A stretch of DNA of 64,000 bases from IMG/VR virus record IMGVR_UViG_3300017754_002544, positions 32,001 to 96,000 of that record; one strand, written 5' to 3'. Positions within the stretch are counted from its first letter, which is position 1. Every line of letters starts with the position of its first letter. Shown here one piece after another: positions 22,258-32,745 of this stretch. The notes below the pieces were generated by a model. That model made no database searches. It was not told the DNA's origin and was given only the letters and a program-made list of their open reading frames with translations. This stretch comes from a virus. The position numbers were made by a program, and so were the translations under genes.

Positions 22258-25185
22258 ATGATGAACTTAGACAAAGTTTTTGTAGTTGATATCGAATGTG
22301 ATGGATTGTTAGATACTCTGACAAAGCTACACGTACTATCTGCCTGCTACTATAGTGAAAATAATAAGTGGGAAATTATTAGTACAAATGATTCAGCTAG
22401 GATACAAAACTTAGTTGGAAATCCTGATAACGTAATTGTCGGCCACAACTTTATTGGTTACGATAAACCTGCCCTAGAAAAACTCGGATATGAATTCAAA
22501 GCTCAAGTAATTGATACTTTGGGCCTAAGTTGGTATTTGTATAATGAACATCTAAAGCATGGCCTAGAATCTTGGGGAGAAAGATTTGGAGTTCCTAAAC
22601 CAGAAATTGAAGATTGGGAGAATCTTACATACGAAGATTATAAGCATAGATGCGAGGAGGATGTCAAGATAAACACTAACCTATGGGTTAAGATGTTATC
22701 CCTATTAACCGAATTATACGAAGATAGGAATACAATAATAAGTGTTATAAAATACTTCACATTCAAAATGGAATGCCTTCGATATCAGGAAGAAAACAAA
22801 GTATTAATTGATATTGAGAAGTGTAAAGAGAACTTAGGAATACTAGAGTCCATAATTGAAGAGAAGAACGAGCAGTTGAAAAAGGTAATGCCTAAAGTTC
22901 CTAAGTATAGTGTAAGAAAAAAGCCAGCCAATCCTTTTAAAAAAGATGGTTCATTATCAGCAGCAGGAGAAAGATGGTTCGACCTATTAGAGAAAGCTAA
23001 TCTCCCAAGTGATTACGATGGAGAACTCAAAGAAGTAGTTAAATATGATGATCCAAATCCAGCATCTGATCAGCAAATGAAGGATTACTTAACATCACTT
23101 GGATGGACACCAAAGTTCTTCAAAGATGGTGCTAATGGTAAAGTACCACAGTTGAGAGATGATGATAAGAATCTATGCCCAAACATTCAAAAACTAATAG
23201 CAATCAAGCCTGAATTAGAAGCATTGGATGGATTGTCTGTCGCTTCCCATAGAGCTGGGTATCTCAAAGCCTTTTTAAAATATGCAGATAAGGATGGTTA
23301 TGCTATAGCTAGATGCAATGGATTTGCAAAGACAATAAGGTTAAAGCATTCAAACCCATTTGTTAATCTACCAAAACCAACTGCTCAATATGGAGAATAT
23401 GTTAGGTCTGTAATGATAGCACCTCCAGGAAAAGTTCTTATTGGAAGTGACGTATCTTCTTTAGAGGATAAGACTAAGCAAATAGCAATTTATAGTTATG
23501 ATCCTGACTACGTTGAACAAATGAACGTAAAAGGATGGGATGCTCACTTAGATATTGGGGAGCGTTCAGGACTATTGAATAGTGAGGAAATAAAATTCTT
23601 TAAGTGGTTTAAATCTAAAGATAAAAAGCAAGAGGATTGTCCTGAGATATACTTAAATTTTTCTGAGGAAGCTTTAGAGAAAGAGTTTGTAAGACTATCT
23701 AAGAAGAGAGCTGTTGCTAAAACTGTAAACTATGCGTGTCTACCTCAAGATAATACAGAAGTTCTTACTAAATATGGGTGGAAGTTTGTTGACGATTTAT
23801 CTATAGATGATGAAGTTCTGACATATAATTCTGAATTAGACAAAACAGAATTTTCACCAATAAGATACATACATAAGTACAAAGATGCAGAAGTTATTAA
23901 TATGTCTAACAAATGGTGGTCTATTGAATCCACAAAAGACCATAGGTGGTTTGGTAAAAAGAGATTCGATCATAGTGGTAAAAAAGTATATAAAAATATT
24001 TTTCTAACTACTAGTGAAATAAACTCTGAATTTAGTATACTTAATTCGGCTGAATATAAAGGAGGCGACTCTGATATTAGTTTAAATGATGCAGAGCTCC
24101 TAGGATGGATAGCTTCTGATGGATATCTCAAGTGGTCTGATATAAGTAGTGGTAGTTCAACATCTAAAGGTCGAAAAAGGGGTATAAAATGTTCTATAGC
24201 TCAATCAAAAAAGAAGTACTTTAACGATATCAAAAAACTACTAGATGATATGGAAGCTAATTATTCAATTAGTGAGAATAATTCAAATGTACATGTATTT
24301 ACAATTAACTCTAGTTGGATAAGAAATTTTATGGATAAGATTTTAAAAGATAGAAGTAATAAGCATGAAATAGATTGGGTCTCTCTTATTTTAAGTATGA
24401 AAATAGAATCTATTGAAAGATTTTTTATAGCCTTTTTCAAAGGAGATGGTACATATAGAGATACTAAATCTTTAACTATAACTCAAAATAGAGGCAATAT
24501 TCTAGATGCAATTGAGTTATGTGGCAACCTACTTGGGTATAGAACTACAAAATCTAATAGAAAATCGAATAAAAAATGTTTTGATATCAACTTTAGCAAA
24601 CTGAATTATACAACTGGCCAAAGAATAGTTAGAAAATTTTCTAGAATTACAGATGTATTCTGCTTAACAGTAGACAATGGTACATTTTTGATTAGACAAA
24701 ATAATACCATAACTATAACTGGAAATTGCACATATGGCGCAGGTGCTGCTAAGATAGCTGAATCAGCAGGTATACCACAAAAGGAAGCTAGTGGTGTAGT
24801 AAAGGCATATTGGGAAAGAAATTGGTCTGTTAAACAATATGCCGAAGATAGGGAAACAAAGCAAGCAGATGGCAAGACTTGGGTATATAATCCATATAGT
24901 AAGTTATGGCTTTACTTAACATCTGAACATATAAAGTTCTCAGCTTGTAATCAGAATGCTGGTGTAAAGATGTTTGATTTATGGATTTACTTTATGATAA
25001 ATGAAGGGCTAAAACCCATAGCTCAATTCCATGATGAAGTTTTATTATGTGTAGATGAAGACAAAGCTGAATGGGCTGAGAAGACTCTTCATAAATGTAT
25101 GGAGAATGTAAATAATTTATTAGGTTATCCAATAAAATTAGAAGTAGATGTTCAAGTTGGAAGAACCTATGCTGATGTACATTAA
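22258..25185 (+). CDS. polA: Family A DNA polymerase with 3'-5' exonuclease, intein-containing
   Basis: DIECD, GHNFIGYD, CEEDV (Exo I-III); motif A GSDVSSLE; motif B AKTVNYA/CTYG; motif C QFHDE; TATATTTG promoter element at 22236-22243. Confidence 0.92.
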   Translation: MMNLDKVFVVDIECDGLLDTLTKLHVLSACYYSENNKWEIISTNDSARIQNLVGNPDNVIVGHNFIGYDKPALEKLGYEFKAQVIDTLGLSWYLYNEHLKHGLESWGERFGVPKPEIEDWENLTYEDYKHRCEEDVKINTNLWVKMLSLLTELYEDRNTIISVIKYFTFKMECLRYQEENKVLIDIEKCKENLGILESIIEEKNEQLKKVMPKVPKYSVRKKPANPFKKDGSLSAAGERWFDLLEKANLPSDYDGELKEVVKYDDPNPASDQQMKDYLTSLGWTPKFFKDGANGKVPQLRDDDKNLCPNIQKLIAIKPELEALDGLSVASHRAGYLKAFLKYADKDGYAIARCNGFAKTIRLKHSNPFVNLPKPTAQYGEYVRSVMIAPPGKVLIGSDVSSLEDKTKQIAIYSYDPDYVEQMNVKGWDAHLDIGERSGLLNSEEIKFFKWFKSKDKKQEDCPEIYLNFSEEALEKEFVRLSKKRAVAKTVNYACLPQDNTEVLTKYGWKFVDDLSIDDEVLTYNSELDKTEFSPIRYIHKYKDAEVINMSNKWWSIESTKDHRWFGKKRFDHSGKKVYKNIFLTTSEINSEFSILNSAEYKGGDSDISLNDAELLGWIASDGYLKWSDISSGSSTSKGRKRGIKCSIAQSKKKYFNDIKKLLDDMEANYSISENNSNVHVFTINSSWIRNFMDKILKDRSNKHEIDWVSLILSMKIESIERFFIAFFKGDGTYRDTKSLTITQNRGNILDAIELCGNLLGYRTTKSNRKSNKKCFDINFSKLNYTTGQRIVRKFSRITDVFCLTVDNGTFLIRQNNTITITGNCTYGAGAAKIAESAGIPQKEASGVVKAYWERNWSVKQYAEDRETKQADGKTWVYNPYSKLWLYLTSEHIKFSACNQNAGVKMFDLWIYFMINEGLKPIAQFHDEVLLCVDEDKAEWAEKTLHKCMENVNNLLGYPIKLEVDVQVGRTYADVH
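23737..24726 (+). mobile_element. Intein (330 aa) with LAGLIDADG homing endonuclease in PolA motif B
   Basis: Starts CLPQDNTEVLT, block B TKDHRW, LLGWIASDG and FFKGDG, ends ITGN followed by Cys; removal restores AKTVNYACTYGAG. Confidence 0.92.
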
Positions 25186-25200
25186 TTTAAATTTATAGAT

Positions 25201-25581
25201 ATGACTAAAGAAGAGATGAGTGATTTCCTTAAATCTATTGGAGGCTTAAAGTATGGTTACTATTCAAATAGTTCACCAGTTTCAGATCCACATATGTTTG
25301 ATATTGAACCAGGATGGTATAAATTAGTAAAAGAACTAATAGAAGATTTAATTGAACTTGGATGGGATAGAAGTGTTTCACAAGTTAAAGAAAAATTTGG
25401 GAGCCTTAGATTTTATATTCCATCAGGATCCGATGAAATGCATGATAGGATAACTAAAGCTGAAGACGATAGTTATTTTATATGTGAAGTAACAGGATTA
25501 CCTGGTGAAGTTAGACCAGATTTAGGATGGTGGAGAACACTTTGTGATGAAGAGTATAAAAAAGCAAAAGGGATAAGATGA
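25201..25581 (+). CDS. Conserved phage hypothetical protein (QVKEKFGxLRFY family)
   Basis: GW...QVKEKFGSLRFY...CEVTG...W..TLC motif. Confidence 0.6.
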   Translation: MTKEEMSDFLKSIGGLKYGYYSNSSPVSDPHMFDIEPGWYKLVKELIEDLIELGWDRSVSQVKEKFGSLRFYIPSGSDEMHDRITKAEDDSYFICEVTGLPGEVRPDLGWWRTLCDEEYKKAKGIR

Positions 25582-26162
25582 ACACATTACATCTAACAGA
25601 TGAGCAATTGATTATTGTTCAACAAGCATTGGATTTTTATTCTAGAATTGGTATAGGTCAATTTGATAAGATAAAAGACCATCCTACTTTCCAAAGATTT
25701 CTAGAAGAAGTGTGTAGACCAAAGAAGGAACCTGAAGTTGGAGATAGAACCCCACAAGGAGAGATACTAGAAATTAAAAATAAAAAAGCTTTGATTAATG
25801 GAAGCGTTGGAAAAGATGGATTTTGGTGTGATAAAAAAGCTTGGAAGAAATTAAAAGATGTAAAACTATCTACTGATTACACTAGATATCATACACTAAG
25901 AGATGAAGCTGATAGAGCATTTATACAACCAAGAAACATCTTGATAAACGATATTTCTATGCCACTACATGGTTCATGGGGAATCTATAATGAGTCTGTA
26001 GATGATTCTTGTAGAATTGCTTTTGATATCGTTCAAGTAATTAGGCATGAAAAATGGAAGCAAAATCCAAAAAAATCCAATATGACTGTGGACTCTCATA
26101 TACATTTTTCACATAGAAAAGATAATTCCTCCGATAAAATAAAATGCGAAATTGATAAATAG
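25578..26162 (+). CDS. Hypothetical protein
   Basis: 194 aa ORF, ATGA overlap with upstream gene. Confidence 0.6.
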   Translation: MNTLHLTDEQLIIVQQALDFYSRIGIGQFDKIKDHPTFQRFLEEVCRPKKEPEVGDRTPQGEILEIKNKKALINGSVGKDGFWCDKKAWKKLKDVKLSTDYTRYHTLRDEADRAFIQPRNILINDISMPLHGSWGIYNESVDDSCRIAFDIVQVIRHEKWKQNPKKSNMTVDSHIHFSHRKDNSSDKIKCEIDK

Positions 26163-26227
26163 CATTTAAGCTAATATATTTTTTTATTTCAATATTAAAA
26201 TGTATATTCGAATCTAACAAAGTAGTT

Positions 26228-26650
26228 ATGTCTATGAAAAGATTACTTCAAACTAGGGTAGATGAATTGCATCTAGATGAAAAGGAAGAGATTAAAAGCA
26301 GAGACAATGCTTATGCTACAGTCGTAGCTTGCTTCTTAGATTACGAAGACGCTGAAGATTGCTTACAAATTCAGGAACATTTTCCGGAAGAAGGCAATGA
26401 AGATGATGTAGCTTGGATGCTTGTACTTTCTTTTTGGTTATCAGAAAGGGGTTATGATTGGGGATCTATGAGTGGACATTTATACGATGACTCTTATTAT
26501 ATAGTTATAGGAGAAAGCTTTAGAATGATGCCACACGTTTGTATATACAAGAATGGGCATCTATGGCATGATCCACATCCAGATGGAACAGGGTTACTTA
26601 CCGAAGAATTATTTGAATACATCAGACCAAATAAAGTAATTTTTCAGTAA
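26228..26650 (+). CDS. Hypothetical protein (H-x-C...HDPHP)
   Basis: 140 aa ORF; TATATTCG promoter-like element upstream. Confidence 0.55.
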   Translation: MSMKRLLQTRVDELHLDEKEEIKSRDNAYATVVACFLDYEDAEDCLQIQEHFPEEGNEDDVAWMLVLSFWLSERGYDWGSMSGHLYDDSYYIVIGESFRMMPHVCIYKNGHLWHDPHPDGTGLLTEELFEYIRPNKVIFQ

Positions 26651-26670
26651 GTATAAAATACTAGAATTAA

Positions 26671-26702
26671 TTTGGATTATACGTAATTAATACTTATCTT
26701 TG
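26671..26702 (+). promoter_or_regulatory. Bacteroidota-type promoter with no downstream ORF
   Basis: TTTG-20 nt-TATCTTTG. Confidence 0.55.
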
Positions 26703-26739
26703 ATTTGAAGTTATTATAATCTGTTTATGTATTGTTTTT

Positions 26740-26769
26740 GCCTCCCTATTTTTAGGGAGGTATTTTTTT
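26740..26769. terminator. Bidirectional terminator between convergent blocks
   Basis: cctcccta-tttt-tagggagg hairpin. Confidence 0.8.
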
Positions 26770-28156
26770 ATGCGATAGCTTGTCTTATCTCGATATTTTT
26801 AATATAGAGTTCTAGCTTTAATTTTAAATCAGAGCTTACCCAATCTTGTTTTACTAACCAAGTAATATATGATGGGTCTCTTTTATAGACAGCTTCTACC
26901 ATCCTATCTTTGTATTTTCCAAATGGAATTTTAAAGTCTGAGTCAACCTCTTTGCTATTAGAATTTATATCTGCTTTAGTGACAATTGGACCATCTAATG
27001 GAATAGATGTAACTAATCTTTCTTTTGTAAATACTCCCCACCCATGACCTCTATAGTCCTCTATAGTTATTTCTCTAGGATGAGCTAGTCTTTTGAAGTT
27101 GTTGCAATAATCAATAAATAAAAAATCATCCTTACCTAAATTAGGTCTCACACCTCTTCCATATATCTGATAAAATGAAGACAAAGAATTTGTAGGTCTT
27201 CCCATTATAATACAATCTAATCCTGGGTAGTCAAATCCGGTTGTAAATACTCCAAAGTTAAATAAAACTTTAACTCTACCTGATTTAAAGTCATCAACTA
27301 TTTTAGCTCTTTCTTTAGCAGGAGTCTCTCCCGTAATGTATTTAGCTTCAGGAATAAACTCACAAAATCTTTTGCAAGAAGTAACGCTATCCACGAATAC
27401 AAGAATACTTTTTCTATTGTTTTGATTCAGCAAATCCTTGATTCTAAGATATATCTTATTGTTTATACCATTAGCTTCTACTGCCTCCTTAATACTTTGT
27501 TCAGTAAATTCTGTACCTGTAGTATTTAAGACTAGCCTAGTCTCATCCATGAACCACTCTTCGTCAATAGACTTAGCCCAAAATCCTCTATCAATCATCT
27601 CACCTATTTGAGTTATGTGGATGAATGTTTTAAAAAATCCAGGCCTCATTCTATTTAACATAACTAGCCTACTACCTTCTCTATTATTTTTTAATCTGAA
27701 TGGAGTAGCTGTTAGTCCTATTACTTTACTAGGATTTAGTTTCTTTATAAACTTTGAGAACATAGATTGAGCATCAGGATCTATTCCATGATGACATTCG
27801 TCAATAATAACGAGATTGACACCAGCCTTTTTAAAGTCCTCAACTCTATTCTTGATACTACCTAAAGTTGCATAGGTAACATGCCCAATATTTTTTTCAT
27901 TGGCACTAGCTGAAAATATTGAAGCGTTTCCACCCATCAATACAAATTTCTCGTAATTCTGTTTTAGTAACTCTACTGATGGTTGGAGAACCAATATTGG
28001 TCCACTATACCTCATAGCAATACCTGCTATCTCCCAACTCTTACCTGCCCCAGTTGGAGCTACAATAATTCCTGGACTAGTAGTTTTAGATTCTATATAA
28101 TTAATAGCAGCATCTACTGCACTTTTTTGGTAATCTCTAAGCTCTATCTTTGACAT
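26768..28156 (-). CDS. SF2 DExH helicase (RadD/YejH-like)
   Basis: LRDYQ, APTGAGKS, DECHH, TATP, FTTGFD, QIYGRG.R; C-terminal IPFGKYK module. Confidence 0.9.
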   Translation of the reverse strand: MSKIELRDYQKSAVDAAINYIESKTTSPGIIVAPTGAGKSWEIAGIAMRYSGPILVLQPSVELLKQNYEKFVLMGGNASIFSASANEKNIGHVTYATLGSIKNRVEDFKKAGVNLVIIDECHHGIDPDAQSMFSKFIKKLNPSKVIGLTATPFRLKNNREGSRLVMLNRMRPGFFKTFIHITQIGEMIDRGFWAKSIDEEWFMDETRLVLNTTGTEFTEQSIKEAVEANGINNKIYLRIKDLLNQNNRKSILVFVDSVTSCKRFCEFIPEAKYITGETPAKERAKIVDDFKSGRVKVLFNFGVFTTGFDYPGLDCIIMGRPTNSLSSFYQIYGRGVRPNLGKDDFLFIDYCNNFKRLAHPREITIEDYRGHGWGVFTKERLVTSIPLDGPIVTKADINSNSKEVDSDFKIPFGKYKDRMVEAVYKRDPSYITWLVKQDWVSSDLKLKLELYIKNIEIRQAIA

Positions 28157-28706
28157 TCTTTCCTTCCTCTATTTTTTTATTTATAAATGCTCTTACTTCA
28201 GGATATCTTTCTTCTATAGCATTGCTCATTGTAAATGGTATAGGCTTATCTGAGTGTATAGGAACATCCAAGTTATCTGATTCCTCTCCGAAATTTATTT
28301 TACGTAATCTTTCTTTTAAAGATGATAATTCTTTAAGAACTCCTGATTGAAAAGCTATCTCCATTTCCATTCTCTTTTCGACATTGGAATCTGCCTCATC
28401 GAATTCGGTCCAGTCAAAAGCTCTAGTTACATGATTGTATCTTTTCTCTAAGATATAGTAGAACTCTAGCAATAATTTTATAGACTTATTAACTTCAGGA
28501 TTACCTAATTCTTCCTCAGCTAAAGAGTACAATTTAATAAGAGCTGATATGTTTCTATCATTGAGTATAGACTGTAGATTATACATGCTCTCCCTTTTTT
28601 CTAACTTAGAGACAATAGACCAGTCATGTTCTTTAATGAACTTCAATTCCTTCTTAGCCGGAGGCATAACTAAGTCAAGATGGTCTTGTATTTTTTTATC
28701 TAGCAT
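28137..28706 (-). CDS. Hypothetical protein
   Basis: 189 aa ORF; TTG-19 nt-TATATTTG promoter at 28740-28711. Confidence 0.6.
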   Translation of the reverse strand: MLDKKIQDHLDLVMPPAKKELKFIKEHDWSIVSKLEKRESMYNLQSILNDRNISALIKLYSLAEEELGNPEVNKSIKLLLEFYYILEKRYNHVTRAFDWTEFDEADSNVEKRMEMEIAFQSGVLKELSSLKERLRKINFGEESDNLDVPIHSDKPIPFTMSNAIEERYPEVRAFINKKIEEGKNVKDRA

Positions 28707-28740
28707 ATCACAAATATAGAAAAAAATTGTGACAAAACAA

Positions 28741-28771
28741 AAAATCCCCCCAATTTTATGGGGGGACTATT
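28741..28771 (-). terminator. Terminator of nrd operon
   Basis: tcccccca...tgggggga hairpin with T run on the minus strand. Confidence 0.7.
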
Positions 28772-28787
28772 CAGAGATGAAATCTCT

Positions 28788-30434
28788 TTATGCTTCGCAA
28801 GAAGAACAACTTAGAATATCTCTAGATACTTGTTGAGCTTTATTGACACTTCTTTGATAATACAAAGTCTTCAATCCAAGTTTCCAAGCTTCAATAAATA
28901 ATGAGTTGATATCTTTTAGTGGAACATCAGGATGTATCATCAAGTTCAATGATTGTGCCTGATCAATCCATCTTTGTCTTTGAGCAGCTTGTTTTACAAT
29001 TTCCATTTGACTTATCTCTCCGAATGTTTTAAATACATCCTTTTCAACATCAGATAAAAAGTCTAGGTGTTGAACTGAGCCACCTTTAACCATAATACTC
29101 TTCCAAGTATCTGGGGTATCCTTTCCCTTTTCCTTGAGTAACTTTTCTAGGTATGGATTCTTATAAGAAAACTTACCCTTAGCTAAATCCTTTAAAAAGT
29201 AATTGGAATGTAGTGGTTCAATAGATGGAGATACCTGACCTAAGATAAAACTAGATGAGGTAGTTGGAGCTACTGCAACTCTTGTTGTAAATCTCTCACC
29301 ATATCCCTCTAGCATTTTAGGCTCTCCAAAAAGTAAAGCCAAACTCTTACTTGCTTGTAAACTTCTAAAGTCTATTGTTGTAAATATTTCGGCATTAAGA
29401 TACATTGCATCCATACCTTCAAATGAAATCATCTTAGACTGAAGTAAGCTATGCCATCCAAGAACACCAAGACCAATACTTCTATGTTCCTTTGCAAATC
29501 TTACCGCTTTATCCAAGAAAGGAATTCCACTAGCCTTTTCAATAAATTCTGTATAAACAGCATCAAGGAAATAGGTAAGTATTTCAATCGCATCTGATTC
29601 TTTTATCTCGTCCCAATGAATCAAATTTAGAGAAGATAAACAACAAACAAATGTCTTTTCTAAATCAGTATACTCAATTATTTCGGAGCACATCTGACTA
29701 TGGTTAATCTTCAACCCCTTATCTCTATATACTTTAGGACTTGCATTGTTTACATTATCAGAAAAGAATATGTATGGGAATCCAGTTTCAGATCTCTTCT
29801 TATGAATCTTAGCCATTATAGCTCTTTTGGATTTATCGCCATCAATCATTTCTTGCATCCAATAATCTGGAATTGTAACAGCTAAAGCTAAGTCTTGAAT
29901 AGGGTGACCTTCTTCTCTACATTTTAAGAACTCTTCTATATCGGGATGGTCTATGTTTAAGTAGGCAGCAAAGTAACCTCTTCTTGCTTGACCTTGTGTG
30001 ATAACATTGGTAGCAGCTTGAAACAATTCCATAAAAGATACTGGCCCATTTGATACTCCATTGTTTTTAATGGATGAACCTCTATGTCTTAGTTTACCAA
30101 AGAATCCTGCTGTTCCTCCACCATGTTTTGTTAGCATACCAATCTCAGCAGCAGCTCTTACAATATCAGATGTATCATCTTGAATATCAATACCATAGCA
30201 AGAAATTGGTAGCCCTCTATCTAATCCAAAGTTCATCCATACTGGAGTAGCTAGAGAGAAATAACCTTTAGCCATATACCCATAGAACTTGTCAGAGAAA
30301 CCTTGAATACCTAAAATCTCTTCAGCTCTATTAGCTATTTGTCTAATCCTATCTTCAGGAGATACTCCAGGTAATAGGTAACCTTCATTTAAGAATCTTC
30401 TTGATTCTTCATTAAGCCAATAAAAATCTTCCAT
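28788..30434 (-). CDS. nrdA: Class I ribonucleotide reductase alpha subunit (no ATP cone)
   Basis: ATPVW, ISCY, GGGT, SQMCSEI, VCCLSS, VAPTTSSS, LKTLYY, C-terminal CSSC. Confidence 0.95.
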   Translation of the reverse strand: MEDFYWLNEESRRFLNEGYLLPGVSPEDRIRQIANRAEEILGIQGFSDKFYGYMAKGYFSLATPVWMNFGLDRGLPISCYGIDIQDDTSDIVRAAAEIGMLTKHGGGTAGFFGKLRHRGSSIKNNGVSNGPVSFMELFQAATNVITQGQARRGYFAAYLNIDHPDIEEFLKCREEGHPIQDLALAVTIPDYWMQEMIDGDKSKRAIMAKIHKKRSETGFPYIFFSDNVNNASPKVYRDKGLKINHSQMCSEIIEYTDLEKTFVCCLSSLNLIHWDEIKESDAIEILTYFLDAVYTEFIEKASGIPFLDKAVRFAKEHRSIGLGVLGWHSLLQSKMISFEGMDAMYLNAEIFTTIDFRSLQASKSLALLFGEPKMLEGYGERFTTRVAVAPTTSSSFILGQVSPSIEPLHSNYFLKDLAKGKFSYKNPYLEKLLKEKGKDTPDTWKSIMVKGGSVQHLDFLSDVEKDVFKTFGEISQMEIVKQAAQRQRWIDQAQSLNLMIHPDVPLKDINSLFIEAWKLGLKTLYYQRSVNKAQQVSRDILSCSSCEA

Positions 30435-30436
30435 TT

Positions 30437-31414
30437 TTAAAATAATTCTTCTTCGTTAAATACTTTTGTTTTCTTTGCGTAATCAATTGGCTTTTTGTGG
30501 AAGAAGTCAGTCAAGGCTGATGCGTATACTTCTTCTTCCATCCAATTAGTTTTTTCTATAATTTCTTTAGCTACATCAAATGTTTCAGAGAATCCAATCT
30601 TAACAAGACACTCATTCATTCTTCTTTTGATATAACCTTTAAGAATATCCTCTGATAAGAATTCATTTTCATATCCTTGGAGAATCCAATTAATTAAATT
30701 AGATTCAGCATTGAATGCTTCTTGAACCTCAGATAATATTTTTTCTGATAACTCTTCATCAAATATCTCAGGATACTCAGATCTTATTTGATTGATAATA
30801 GCAATACCACCTTCAGCGTGTAAATTCTCTTCTTTAGATGTATACTGTACAATATTTGACACATCCTTTAAGACACCTCTAAATCTATTGAATCCAAGAA
30901 TTGTATAGAATTGAGAGAACAAAGCACAATACTCAGTAAACAATGTAAATAATATTAAAGAGTATACTATGTTTTTGTGGTCATCTTTGTATATTTTATT
31001 TACATATTTAGATAAGTAGTCTACTCTACCTTTTACAACTGGCTCAGAGAATAGTGTTTCAAAGTCTTCTTCTAAACCAAGCTTAGATAGAATCTCAGCA
31101 TAGGCTCTAGAATGGATTACCTCAACTCCTCCAAACACAGCACCTAAGTCTGATATCTCTGGCTTAGGTAATACTCTACCTATATTGGACCAGTAAGATT
31201 TTACAGCAACTTCTACCTGAGATGTAAGTAGTATCGCTCTTTTTATTACTCCTCTTTCTTCTTCTGTTAATTTAGTCTTGAAGTCTTGGACATCGTTTTT
31301 AAAATTGAACTCGTTGTGAGTCCAATGACTAGCCCACATTGCATCTATTAGTGGGTCTGTTATATGCGAATATTCGAAAGGTTTATAGCTAATTCTTTTG
31401 TCAAAAATGCCCAT
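30437..31414 (-). CDS. nrdB: Class I ribonucleotide reductase beta subunit
   Basis: EVIHSRAY, EENLH, DFF...DY di-metal/tyrosyl motifs. Confidence 0.95.
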   Translation of the reverse strand: MGIFDKRISYKPFEYSHITDPLIDAMWASHWTHNEFNFKNDVQDFKTKLTEEERGVIKRAILLTSQVEVAVKSYWSNIGRVLPKPEISDLGAVFGGVEVIHSRAYAEILSKLGLEEDFETLFSEPVVKGRVDYLSKYVNKIYKDDHKNIVYSLILFTLFTEYCALFSQFYTILGFNRFRGVLKDVSNIVQYTSKEENLHAEGGIAIINQIRSEYPEIFDEELSEKILSEVQEAFNAESNLINWILQGYENEFLSEDILKGYIKRRMNECLVKIGFSETFDVAKEIIEKTNWMEEEVYASALTDFFHKKPIDYAKKTKVFNEEELF

Positions 31415-31433
31415 TTTTTTAAATTTTGAGGTT

Positions 31434-31466
31434 AAAAAATCCGGCCATAAAAAAATAAAGCCGGAC
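31434..31466 (-). terminator. Probable terminator
   Basis: tccggc...gccgga stem with T run on the minus strand. Confidence 0.55.
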
Positions 31467-31519
31467 TATAAAGATATATACAAGATATAAATCTTGCAAT
31501 TAAATTAGAACATTTAAAA

Positions 31520-31963
31520 TTATTTGGTTGCAGACTCTAATGATGGCATAAATACTTCAATAATTTTAGATTCTTTAACAACTGAAACCTCTGGTTCAAA
31601 TAAGAAACCTCCAACCTCACTCATTACAATGTCATATGCATGTTTAGCATCTTTAGCTGATGTAAGATAAGCATAAACTGTCTTCTTATCTTTTCCTGTA
31701 TCATCATCAGAAAGTGTATGCTTTACTTTAACTTCAAAGTAATTTCCATAGTCTTCGTCTTCAAAGATGTCACTAAACATAACTCTAGTAATAGCTTCAA
31801 CTACAAACTCACCTCTGATAACACTTCCTAGATGTGTGTAGATTTCTTCTTCCGCACTACCAAATGTATATGCGTGAACAAGAAAAGATTCAGATACTCT
31901 TTTTAAAGTCCCATTGTCAAGACTTTTTGTGTAACGTACTTTACAAATAAATTGATTGTTCAT
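31520..31963 (-). CDS. DUF4494-like protein
   Basis: F.CKVRY.K...NG..KRVSESFLV.A.TF..AE pattern of the Bacteroidota family; TATATTTG at 31996-31989. Confidence 0.7.
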   Translation of the reverse strand: MNNQFICKVRYTKSLDNGTLKRVSESFLVHAYTFGSAEEEIYTHLGSVIRGEFVVEAITRVMFSDIFEDEDYGNYFEVKVKHTLSDDDTGKDKKTVYAYLTSAKDAKHAYDIVMSEVGGFLFEPEVSVVKESKIIEVFMPSLESATK

Positions 31964-32006
31964 GTTTTTGGTTTTTAAATTAAGATTACAAATATATACA
32001 AATAAA

Positions 32007-32327
32007 TTATTTTACTACTAATTTTTTAGAAATATTTTTCTTTACAATTTCAGATATTGATTCTGCTAGATTTAATCCTGAAGATATCAATGGGGCAAAT
32101 CTCTTTTCGTGGAAAGCTCCTTCATCTTCTATCAGAACTCCATCTATATTTATTATTGTTACAGGATTAACTATCTCTACTAATTTTATTGCTGGTTCTT
32201 CGTACTCTCTTATGGTGTATACGACATTTTTTATTGGTAAATTTGGAAATATCTTTTCAAAATTAGGTCTTGTCTTATCGAAATTATCATCAATACATAC
32301 GACCTTATCTCCTACTTTAAACTTCAT
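32007..32327 (-). CDS. Hypothetical protein
   Basis: MKFKVGDKVVCIDD, SH3-like start. Confidence 0.6.
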   Translation of the reverse strand: MKFKVGDKVVCIDDNFDKTRPNFEKIFPNLPIKNVVYTIREYEEPAIKLVEIVNPVTIINIDGVLIEDEGAFHEKRFAPLISSGLNLAESISEIVKKNISKKLVVK

Positions 32328-32745
32328 AAATCGCAGCTATATAAAGTTTGTACTTTGAGTTTGAAGTGTTGAATTCGTAAAACCTAGATCCTTTATCCCA
32401 ACCTTGATTTGTTATCTCAGTAATCGTAGTTGTTAACCATGTATACATGTGCCTATATTGAGGGTCTATAATACAACTAAATCCGACTTTAGGTTCATCA
32501 TGTAACTTATTAATATTGAGTCCCCCCAATTCTTCAGAAGACCATTCTACAAATTTAACTTTATAGCCACGAAGTATTTTACCATCACCTTCTCTAATTA
32601 GCATTATAGGTAAGTTTGTGATATCACATACATTACAAACATTAGATATCTCACGAGTTCCTTTTACTCTATGTGGCGTAACCTTTAGACAATTCCTACA
32701 GAATATATTACCAGCCTTCCTTTCTTTTTCTTGTGTCTCTTCCAT
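32317..32745 (-). CDS. Hypothetical Zn-ribbon protein
   Basis: CRNC...H...CNVC. Confidence 0.55.
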   Translation of the reverse strand: MEETQEKERKAGNIFCRNCLKVTPHRVKGTREISNVCNVCDITNLPIMLIREGDGKILRGYKVKFVEWSSEELGGLNINKLHDEPKVGFSCIIDPQYRHMYTWLTTTITEITNQGWDKGSRFYEFNTSNSKYKLYIAAIYEV

